The position numbers were made by a program, and so were the translations under genes. A stretch of DNA of 63,982 nucleotides, the filler included, from Globobulimina sp. (lineage: Eukaryota), in NCBI GenBank assembly GCA_003354225.1. It is 32 parts of 32 records of this genome, joined end to end, with 100 filler letters (N's around TTAATTAATTAA, not from the genome) between each part and the next. Parts side by side here need not be neighbours in the genome. Positions count along the whole stretch, not along the records: positions 12,024 to 13,926 come from PIVH01010735.1; positions 14,027 to 15,929 come from PIVH01010736.1; positions 16,030 to 17,932 come from PIVH01010737.1; positions 18,033 to 19,935 come from PIVH01010738.1; positions 20,036 to 21,938 come from PIVH01010739.1; positions 22,039 to 23,941 come from PIVH01010740.1; 26 more parts are not named here. The stretch is one strand, 5' to 3'. The stretch's first letter is position 1. Every line of letters starts with the position of its first letter. The notes beneath the pieces are model-generated. The model ran no database searches. It was not told the origin of the DNA and saw only the letters and a list, made by a program, of their open reading frames with translations. Below, in pieces: positions 12,865 to 22,060 of the stretch.

Positions 12865-13178
12865 GAAATTCAATTAAAAAATCAGCCATTAAATTAGTAC
12901 AAGTAATTGTGACAGTAACACTATTGTGTGGCTATTTGTATGTATCTACAGAAGATGCAAACGCTGAACCTGCCAAACCTGGAGAAAGAACTGGCGTACG
13001 TAAAGAAGTGTCTGACTTTGTTAAAATTATTATCCAAAGTTATGGATATGTTTGCGACTCAGTAGACGACATTCGTGGACTTACGATGTATTCTGGCTAT
13101 TCAGTTAATTGCAATAATTTTATGTACCGCTATGAGTTAATCAACGCAGGCGGTTATATTAAGGTTGTTTTGCAATAA
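12861..13178 (+). CDS. Phage small exported/membrane-anchored hypothetical protein
   Basis: GGAG RBS at about 12850; basic + hydrophobic N-terminus, ANA-E cleavage-like site, two Cys (GYVC...VNC). Confidence 0.75.
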   Translation: MRNSIKKSAIKLVQVIVTVTLLCGYLYVSTEDANAEPAKPGERTGVRKEVSDFVKIIIQSYGYVCDSVDDIRGLTMYSGYSVNCNNFMYRYELINAGGYIKVVLQ

Positions 13179-13213
13179 AAAAAAACCCTCACATCAATAG
13201 TTAAATGTGAGGG
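13177..13213 (-). terminator. Rho-independent terminator on the minus strand
   Basis: Stem CCCTCACAT (13186-13194)/ATGTGAGGG (13205-13213) followed by 9 T on the minus strand. Confidence 0.8.
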
Positions 13214-13240
13214 CAGGAATTGCCAATGTCTTTATTCAGC
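13177..13240 (-). ncRNA. Predicted ~65-nt antisense small RNA
   Basis: Promoter and intrinsic terminator enclose about 65 nt with no ORF, on the strand opposite all flanking genes. Confidence 0.4.
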
Positions 13241-13246
13241 ACGACC

Positions 13247-13275
13247 AATGTATAACAAATAAAAGTGTAAGTAAA
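13247..13275 (-). promoter_or_regulatory. Sigma70-like promoter pointing against the phage genes
   Basis: TTTACT-17 nt-TACATT on the minus strand, about 35 nt before the terminator stem. Confidence 0.5.
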
Positions 13276-13327
13276 CTCTTTTTTATATTATTATTAATTT
13301 AAATAGTTTTGATAAGGTGAAGTAATA

Positions 13328-13597
13328 ATGGAACTACAACAAGTAGAATCTGAAAATAGTCGCACTATATTCGGTGTGAAAGTTAAAATAGGAATAGCTG
13401 ATAAAGAAAAAAGTTTAGCCACTTGCACTAACTTTCTTACTCTTCAAGACCATTGCATGAAAATGGACGAACTCACAATCCTTAAGTGCATCATAGTTGA
13501 AAAAGAAAGTCGCAATCGCAGTAATATCTTGGGTCGATTATTTGCTCGTTATGGTAAACTACGTCACGAGCGCGAAAAACGCGAACTTTATCTGTGA
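13328..13597 (+). CDS. Phage hypothetical protein
   Basis: AAGGTG RBS; GTGA overlap with next gene. Confidence 0.75.
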   Translation: MELQQVESENSRTIFGVKVKIGIADKEKSLATCTNFLTLQDHCMKMDELTILKCIIVEKESRNRSNILGRLFARYGKLRHEREKRELYL

Positions 13598-13908
13598 AGG
13601 CATTCGAGAAAAAAGAATGTGAGTTTGAAGAAAAAGCCGCCGATTATGCACAATCACTTGGCGGTTTATTAAAAAAATGTGTTGTACCAGGTGAACGCGA
13701 TTGGCCAGATAGAGTTGGCCTATTTCCAAATGCCCACGTATTTTACATTGAGTTCAAACGCCCATTAAAAGAACCCAGACGAGGGCAATATGCAAATCAC
13801 CGCATGTTACGCCGTTTGGGTTTTTCCGTATATGTATGTGCCAGTTTGGCTGATGCAAAAGTAATCATTAATAAGGAAATGGAGATAGCACTTGGCAAAG
13901 ATATTTAA
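13594..13908 (+). CDS. VRR-NUC domain nuclease (PD-(D/E)xK)
   Basis: ECEFE...PGERDWPDR...FYIEFKRP...PRRGQ...HRMLRRLGFSVYV. Confidence 0.9.
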   Translation: MKAFEKKECEFEEKAADYAQSLGGLLKKCVVPGERDWPDRVGLFPNAHVFYIEFKRPLKEPRRGQYANHRMLRRLGFSVYVCASLADAKVIINKEMEIALGKDI

Positions 13909-13926
13909 ACCACATCAATATCAAAA
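13892..13926 (+). CDS. Start of phage SNF2-family helicase (truncated)
   Basis: GGAG RBS at 13881, then TTG-AKIFKPHQYQ; the 'F.PH.YQ' start is typical of SNF2 helicases that follow VRR-NUC genes in phages. Confidence 0.6.
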
Positions 13927-14026
13927 NNNNNNNNNNNNNNNNNNNNNNNNNNNNNNNNNNNNNNNNNNNNTTAATTAATTAANNNNNNNNNNNNNNNNNN
14001 NNNNNNNNNNNNNNNNNNNNNNNNNN

Positions 14027-15929
14027 TTAAGGGCGCACCGGATTTCCGTCGGGTTGTTTTTAATAAAAATATAAATGCATTTTGATCATATTTATAAGAA
14101 CCCGACGACGACCATGGAAATGAGGTATATCCACCGAAAATATTCCCATTTGTCGACTCAACGATGGTTATCGTCGGCCCTTTATTGTCACATTTGGAAT
14201 GAAACAAAGAAGACGCAAAGCCATCCTTTGCTGAACGATACAATAATTTATATTTTTTATTCCTCAATTTTTTGGGTAATATCTTGGTTAAAAACCTCGC
14301 TTCTTTGGACTTTAATATCTTTGAAGCAATGGTCATTTTTGGTGTTTGTATCTTGAAAATCGGGCAATATTCTCCCCAGCCGGACGAATTTTTGCCGCGT
14401 ACCCTGTTTCATCCAATAATAACCACAAAATATCCCAAATTATAAAGCGTTTCCAAAGTGAATATAGCATATTTTGTTATATATTCAATTTGGAAACGCT
14501 TTAACATCGATTTTTGGTTATTATTGGCTGTAAAATGTACCTCAATGCATAGGCTGCATTGTCCCGCAAGTCCGGTATAACATATTTATATTTCTCCCGG
14601 TCTTTTTTAATACGAATTTCTTCCGTTTCCCATTGCATATCGTCCACTTCTTTGAATTCAGTCAAAATCTCAAATTCAATCGCTTTATTTTTCTCCTTTT
14701 TGTCTTTCTTCCCTTTCTTTCGTTTTTTTTTCTTTTTCTTTCGTTTATATCCTTTTTCCTCTTCTTCTGAGTCCGTATCGGAGGAACTATCGCTGTCGCT
14801 GTCGCTGCCGCTGCTGCTCTGACTGCTGCTGTCACTGTCACTGTCCGACGAATCCGAATCTGAGCTCGATTTGCTATCGCTATCACTGTCACTGTCACTG
14901 TCTGTAATTATGTGTAAAAAAAGTGCTTTTTCATATGGTTTTCATCGTTGTTTTGATGGCTATGCAAGTATGGAAATCATGGGGGAAATGGTGGAAATAT
15001 AATATTCACAAACCGGAGGAGCTGGAATCGGAATCGCTGTCGGTGTCACTTTCAGAGTCGGTGTCTTTTGATTTCTTTTTCTTTTTTTTGCTTTTTTTCT
15101 TCTGTTTGCTTTTTTTAATGTCGTCGGCTTTTTTCTTCAACATTGCTTTTTTTAATTTCATGGAGGCTCTCAACGTGGAACCGGTCACATTTTTATCGCC
15201 TTCGTCGGGTTTTTCTACCTCAATTTCCTCGCTTTCTTCCTCGTCGCTGTCAGCTTCAGATTTATCTGTGTCGTCACTGCTATCTTCAGACTCATCCGAT
15301 GAATATTTCTTTTTCTTCTTTTTTTTCTTTTTCTTTTTTTTCTTCTTTTTTTTGTCTTTTTCGGCTTTTTTCTTTTTGATTTCTTTTTCGTCGATTTCCA
15401 AATAAGATTTTGGTAATTTACACCAAGACACCATGAAACATAATATTTTCTTGGTGTTATTGGTCTGATATTTTGCGTCCAATCTCCATGTAATTGCTAC
15501 CGAATCGTGGTCGAGTTTTGTTATAATAACCAACGGAGGAAAGGGTTGGTCGCAATCATCGATTACCAAACTTTCCAAGAATTTTGTTACCTAAATACAA
15601 AAAAATAGTTTTACTGAATATTTATTTCAGTTTCAAACTGCTTCGGATATTAACCAAAAAACATAAATGTTGGTGTAATATTCGATGCAGTTTGAAACCA
15701 GAAATTTTTGTTCTTTTCATAGTGCATTTTGCCTATGATTCAGTTTCAAACTTTGTGTAATAAATAACCTGTTTCTGATCAACAGTAAACGCAATTTTTG
15801 GCTGCGTGATCATAACCAATGTGATATTTTTATCGTTTATAATCTCATCAATCATGGTCAAAATGGCATTTTTGCGTTTATGAATATCCATATTCTGATC
15901 AGATATATATTGTTCATATTGTTTCTTAC
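14027..15929 (-). CDS. Multi-exon fibronectin type III + TLDc domain protein (both ends truncated) with K/D/S low-complexity inserts
   Basis: FN3 strands (PFPP..LDHDSVAITW; IPDLRDNAAYALRVRGKNSSGWGEY) and TLDc (LLYRSAKDGF..FHSKCDNKGPTITIVES..NIFGGYTS.PW); introns 15591-15768, about 14903-15012, 14404-14540. Confidence 0.8.
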
Positions 15930-16119
15930 NNNNNNNNNNNNNNNNNNNNNNNNNNNNNNNNNNNNNNNNNNNNTTAATTAATTAANNNNNNNNNNNNNNN
16001 NNNNNNNNNNNNNNNNNNNNNNNNNNNNNTTTCAAAATCATTTATCATTTCCTGTTTTACGCCATACTTTTTTATAAATTTCTTTATTTTTTCTTCCAAC
16101 TCTTTTTTCAAACCTTGCA

Positions 16120-17784
16120 TTGACTGACTTAGATAAAGCATATGATAAAGTAAGTAGATCTGGAATAATTATCCAATTAAATGACATTAATATCAGTGGA
16201 AAGAATATACGATTATTAATCAACGAATTAAATAATAGTAAATGTATAATAAATTATAATGGAATACATTCGCTTGAAATCTGTATAAATGATGGTACCC
16301 CGCAAGGGCACGTAGAGAGCGGTGCTATTTATAATATCTACACAAATTCCGCATTGATTGAATGTCTGAAAGCAGTCAAAACACATTGTTATAACTCAAA
16401 TGTTTCAGCGTGGTATTACGCTGACGATGGACTAAAAATAGCATTAAATATAAATCATATACAACAATTAATTGACACTGAATCTAATGAATTAAAATTG
16501 TGGAACATGGAAATAAATCCCGCCAAATCAGAAATAATTAAGATATCCAAACATAGAAAATATTTCAGCGACGCATATAGTAATTCTTTCATACGCGAAC
16601 CAGATATTATTGTTAATAATGTAAATATAAAATGGACACCAATCAAATCCAATATTGTCAAATGGATTGGCTTTAGACTCAATTTCAACAAACGTAACTT
16701 CTTAAGTTACCATGTTGAAGATAAATGTGTGAAGTTTCAAAGACTAAGAAGTCAGCTTTACTACAAAAAAATTTTAGGAAAAGATATTTCGATTGAAATA
16801 CAAATTAAATTCTACAAAATAATCATAAGAATGGCTTTTTCATATGGACTAAAAATCTGTCCATTAAACAAAACCCAATACAAAAAAATAAATTCAACGC
16901 AGCATTCGTTTCTAACAACAATAATGGGAACAAGAAGAACAATAAACGCCCAATCATTGAGAATAATAATGGGCATTCCAAAATTATCAGATTTTATAAT
17001 CAAACAAAAATTGGCAATGTACTACAATTTATTTAAAATAAAAACAGATAATTATACTGAAACAATTAAATTAAATTACAATGAATTATACCAAAAATAT
17101 ATAAATAATAATAACAAATTTGAAGGAATAAGTGATAAATGGTCTTATATCACAATGGATTACTTTAATACATTAAAATTATGGGATTTGGATATCAAAT
17201 ATTATGACATCAATAATTTACCAAACACCAAATCCGAATGGAAATCGATAATAAATAAAAAATACAAAATTATTTATAGAAACGAATTAAATGAGTTTGT
17301 AACTAATAAAAATGGAAGAATATTAAATTTAATAATAGGATCACAAGAAATATTTGCAAAATATAATAATAAAATATATTCCGGATTAATAAATGAATTA
17401 AAATCCATATATAAGGGCGATATATCCACATCCAATCTAAAAAAATCAATCAAATTATTATTTAATTGGACAAAAATCAGCTTTCTAACAATCAAAATAA
17501 TAAATAACAAATCGGTTGTTGTACCTTTAACAAATCGGGATAATGATAAATTCTGTCCACTATGCGGTTCGAAAAGGAACATATCCAACTACCACTTGAT
17601 TTGGTTGTGCAGTGCCATTGGAAGAAACAAAGACATTCAATGGACAAAGAAAACTGACTTTAGTGAAACATAAACTTTTTAATGGGAATACAAAAGAAAA
17701 TAGACACAATCTAAGCTTGTATTCTATCAACAATTGTACTCTGTGTATTATTGTTCAATTTATACTCATACTCATACTCATACT
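16120..17784 (+). mobile_element. Non-LTR retrotransposon 3' portion: reverse transcriptase, C-terminal CCHC-type finger, short 3'UTR with (TACTCA)n tail
   Basis: DLDKAYD, GTPQG, YADD, INPAKS, KWIG; CPLC...HLIWLC; (TACTCA)3-TACT at 17763-17784; A-rich sense strand. Confidence 0.9.
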
Positions 17785-18032
17785 GAAAATTCAATTATAA
17801 ATTTGTTTTGACTTGGCTCTTTCCACAGAAGCGGTACGATTTTTGTGACTTTTTGTAAACAAAAAGACACGGAAAAAAACACAGTCAACACAAACGAAAT
17901 CATAGTCAACAGAAACAAGTATTATTGGACAANNNNNNNNNNNNNNNNNNNNNNNNNNNNNNNNNNNNNNNNNNNNTTAATTAATTAANNNNNNNNNNNN
18001 NNNNNNNNNNNNNNNNNNNNNNNNNNNNNNNN

Positions 18033-19034
18033 CAATTTAAAATCGATATCAATGCTATCAATGCCACGTTGGGCAAGTTTTCAACGAATGCAATATCAAT
18101 TTGTGACGATGAGTTTAATACGTTGGGGGTTGGTTTGTTTCCTTTATTAGCAATGATTAATCATTGTTGCGCTCCCAATGTTTTTATCAAATTTAATCCG
18201 CACACTCAATCTGCGGAAATCAGAGCATTGCGAGATATCAATAAAAATGAGCAGTTATTTATAAATTATACGGATATCACAGTCCCAAAGTTTATGCGAC
18301 GACGGGCATTGTTCAAAGATTATTGTTTTGAATGTAAATGTTCGTTTTGTATGAACAACAATGAAGCAATATGCATTAATTTATGTTGCAAGAAATGTGG
18401 AAATGTATTGAGTGATATTTATGAATGCGGCAATAAACAATGTCGCAAAAAATATGATCAAAATAAATTGAGGCAGATTGTGGATGATATTGAGCGCAAA
18501 TCTGACGAAATTAAACAAAATGTAGAAAAGATAGAATTTTGTTATAATGTACAAAAGAGACGGACAGAATTGTTGCAAGAATGTAGAGATTGCTTGTCTA
18601 GCATTGATAAAATTGTTGGCAAATATCATTGGTTGAGACTGTCCATTGTCAAAATTATGGAGAAATTGCAATTAGTGTTGAATGATTTTAGTAATTGTTA
18701 TCAATCCAATGTTTTTATATTGCAATTTTATGAGGAATGGTTGGATGCATATTCGCCGTATTTAGGAATACAATATTGTTTAACTGGCAAATTGTTGAAT
18801 TATTTGATCCATACCAAAATAAATGAGATTTATGAGAAAAGCAATGATGAAGAAAAAGATTGCAGCCGGAAAAAGAAAAAGCAATTATTTGAGTTATGTG
18901 AGAGATCGTGTACGTTTTTTGAAAAAGGATTGAGAATTTTAAAAATATCTCATGGGAATACACCATTTATTCAAAAAATAAAGAATTGTCAACAGACCGC
19001 AAGATTCAATCTAGAAAACGTTTCCAAAAGATGA
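18033..19034 (+). CDS. SMYD-type SET-domain lysine methyltransferase, C-terminal part
   Basis: GLFPLLAMINHCCAPN, IRALRDI..NEQLFINY, post-SET YCFECKCSFC, helical TPR-like tail. Confidence 0.9.
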   Translation, partial: QFKIDINAINATLGKFSTNAISICDDEFNTLGVGLFPLLAMINHCCAPNVFIKFNPHTQSAEIRALRDINKNEQLFINYTDITVPKFMRRRALFKDYCFECKCSFCMNNNEAICINLCCKKCGNVLSDIYECGNKQCRKKYDQNKLRQIVDDIERKSDEIKQNVEKIEFCYNVQKRRTELLQECRDCLSSIDKIVGKYHWLRLSIVKIMEKLQLVLNDFSNCYQSNVFILQFYEEWLDAYSPYLGIQYCLTGKLLNYLIHTKINEIYEKSNDEEKDCSRKKKKQLFELCERSCTFFEKGLRILKISHGNTPFIQKIKNCQQTARFNLENVSKR

Positions 19035-19276
19035 CAGTTATTATAATTACTTTGCCCAAACTCGTATTTATAATTAGTATTTACAAGGTTCACCTTTTAT
19101 ATTTTTTTTATTTGAAGATTTTATATTTTTACATCATACGGCAACGTTTTCACCGTTTTCCTTGTGTGCGAGGATAAGCTGAAAACAGATATATTCTGCT
19201 TATTGTGGACAAATGGGCAGTTTGCCTGCCAATATTTTTCAAATTATTTGCAAGAATACAAAAATTGCAGGTAGCG

Positions 19277-19801
19277 TTATATAACATTATATAAAAAAAA
19301 TATTGCAGAAGTCACAAAATAACCCTTCAATACACTGGTTGTTGTTGATGTCATATCAAAACCTAACATGACCATTGGCTTACTATATTCCAATACATGT
19401 TGTTGAATCCTCTCATATTGCTCTACATCAATTTGATTTTTATAACTCAAAGTGGCACAAATTAACTCATGTTTCAACATATCATGATGACTTAATTGCA
19501 CTCTGTGTGTTGCCGCAGCAATTTCGCAAACCATTAAAGTATAAACACCTAAGTATGATATAAATAAAATCAATATGAATTCGTCTGTTGTAAATTCAAA
19601 TGAATTATTATATAAAAACACAGCCAATAATATGACATATGCAGCACCCACGATTGTTATAAATACTATGCCAGCAATAACTGGATCAAACACTAAGGAA
19701 AATGTATGAATTTCATATCTACGGTAAAATCTACGCAATTTCCACCATGCAAATAAATCCATAGTCTGGGTACAATGTATTGGTTGGCTTAATTCTTCCA
19801 T
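19277..19801 (-). CDS. PHTF/7TM ion-channel (gustatory-receptor-like superfamily) C-terminal region
   Basis: AWWKLRRFY, two TM helices, then PMVMLGFDMT..VLKGYFVTS; parallels the PHTF pattern AWLSLRSYL...PFRLYGLTM. Confidence 0.45.
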   Translation of the reverse strand: MEELSQPIHCTQTMDLFAWWKLRRFYRRYEIHTFSLVFDPVIAGIVFITIVGAAYVILLAVFLYNNSFEFTTDEFILILFISYLGVYTLMVCEIAAATHRVQLSHHDMLKHELICATLSYKNQIDVEQYERIQQHVLEYSKPMVMLGFDMTSTTTSVLKGYFVTSAIFFLYNVI

Positions 19802-20497
19802 TATAATTAAGGGATATTTGAACTGAACAATTAGTCGTTGCGAGGTATATTTTTAAAAAATTAAACTTATTTGCGCATGAATTCCGCATTTTTTTTTGAT
19901 ATCCTTGCACTTTATAACTGTGAAAACAATCCTTGNNNNNNNNNNNNNNNNNNNNNNNNNNNNNNNNNNNNNNNNNNNNTTAATTAATTAANNNNNNNNN
20001 NNNNNNNNNNNNNNNNNNNNNNNNNNNNNNNNNNNATTAAAATATTTTAAATCATTTTGATTTAATATGATTTATTACATTAAATGTAACACATGGCGGT
20101 CATTTTGTATACAAAATAAACGAAATGACGGTAATTTTGTTAAAAAAAACAGAAATGATGGTAATTTTGTTAAAAAAAAAGCACACATTTGCAGTATACA
20201 ACAGTATACACAAATAACGAGATCATTTGAATCACTCGTCAAATCGAGGAATTGATGTCTTTCCTTTTAGAACCTGTCTGATTGATACAATACACACACA
20301 ATATCAAACGCACAAAGCAAGCAAAATGACGACAGAGTTAGTGTGCTGATGCCTAGACTACTAGTTAAATTTAGTAGTCATGGAAAACGCTATATAAAAT
20401 CCGTAATTGATGCAATAAAATCCGTAATTGATGCAATAAAAATAATCTGTTTCCAAGAAACTGGAATGGATGTAATTAATTAAGAAAAGTTTAACCA

Positions 20498-21938
20498 TTA
20501 AAAATCTTTGCTCAACAGCGAACTTGGTGAGTTTGTATCATCATATGCTGTCATTAAAAGTGTATCTGTATCCGGAGTCGGTGCACGTGAGGCACAGCCA
20601 TTACTATTGTGATTGTGATTGTGATTGTAACTGTACGGATGCTTTTTATTTGCGTTATGATTTCGAAGAAACTTTTCATCCAAATACCATAAGAAACAAA
20701 CCGTTATGATACTAAATAGACTTAATAATAATAAAAATCTGTTCACATTTTGATAGTTATCATTTGTTACCAATATTCCAACAATGATGTACGTTGTAGG
20801 TATAACCATATTATAAATGCAAGTTTGAATACAATAAGCCGTCGGTAACAATTTAAGTTCAACGACCAATGCAAACGACGACCATATCACAGAACTGAAA
20901 CAAGAATATGCCACACCAATGCCCAGCAATGCAATAATTGGATAATAAGACGCACTTTGTCCAATTTCAATAAATCCTAAAATATAATGTGAAATACTTA
21001 ACATTATTGACGACAGTAATAACCATTGACAGCGGCCACCATATTTCTCAATGATAATACTAAATATTGGCGTAAATATACAGCAAATTAGAATTGGTAT
21101 CATTAGTAATAAATTGCAATCAAACTGTTTAATGTCGTACATATTTTGTAAATATGAGCTGCCGATATTGATAAATGGTAATATTGTGGCTGTAATTAAA
21201 CAACAGTTCAATATTAAAAACCAATATCGCATATTTAACAATTTTATATCATTCCAATTAAAGCCAGTATTCAATATATTGTCTCGCGCCATTGAGGTAA
21301 TATATGTTAACGTTGTTGCAACCGTTGTTGTCTGTAAATTATCTGAAAATAGCAGTGATGTCAAATCCACTTCGGATTCCTTAATATCATGCTCACTGCG
21401 ACTTGTCTCATACGTAAATTGCCGATGCGTATCAGCCAATAATTTAGCTTTCGCATTGATATCCTTTTCCAACTCACTCCCGCTGGGATTCCATACATCC
21501 GCAGACGTAATAGATGCCATAGTATGTGCTCTCAACACGTGTTGTTTGCTGCGTATTCGATACGTTATTAAAACAATTAAAAATAGAAAACATGCGCAAT
21601 AAATATATAACCCGATCAATACAAGAAATGATATCATATCTTGTTGATTGCTTTGTGGATTGTTCTTAAAATAGTAAGATGTCATTAAGATTGAAGCTGT
21701 CCCAATCCTTGAAATTGTAAAATATAAACTTAATGATAGTGATAATTCCTTATCTTTGAAATATTTATATATTGTGGGCGTTATTAACATTAAAAACGAT
21801 TCCGATCCAATTCCATACATTAAACGACCTTCAAATTAGCATTAAAATCTGAAAAACGTTTCAGAAGATATCAAAGAACAAATTGTTTACCTGATAATAA
21901 TAATAAATATGCATTGTGAATATTTGTTAATAATAATG
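20498..21938 (-). CDS. MFS transporter, MFSD1-like (5' truncated)
   Basis: GRLMYGIGSES, YFKDKELSLSLSL..TISRIG, TILPFINIGS, TPIFSIIIEKYGGR, IWSSFALVV...TAY; short intron near 21830-21890. Confidence 0.8.
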
Positions 21939-22060
21939 NNNNNNNNNNNNNNNNNNNNNNNNNNNNNNNNNNNNNNNNNNNNTTAATTAATTAANNNNNN
22001 NNNNNNNNNNNNNNNNNNNNNNNNNNNNNNNNNNNNNNTGAAGAATATACTAATAATACA

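Noticed and set aside
12085..17673. Phage polymerase/nuclease near a reverse transcriptase as a retron, DGR or defence system
   Set aside because: Different contigs joined by size sorting; the RT is a eukaryotic non-LTR type
20120..20440. Short tandem duplications (about 30 bp and 21 bp) downstream of the MFS gene
   Set aside because: Two-copy slippage duplications in AT-rich noncoding DNA
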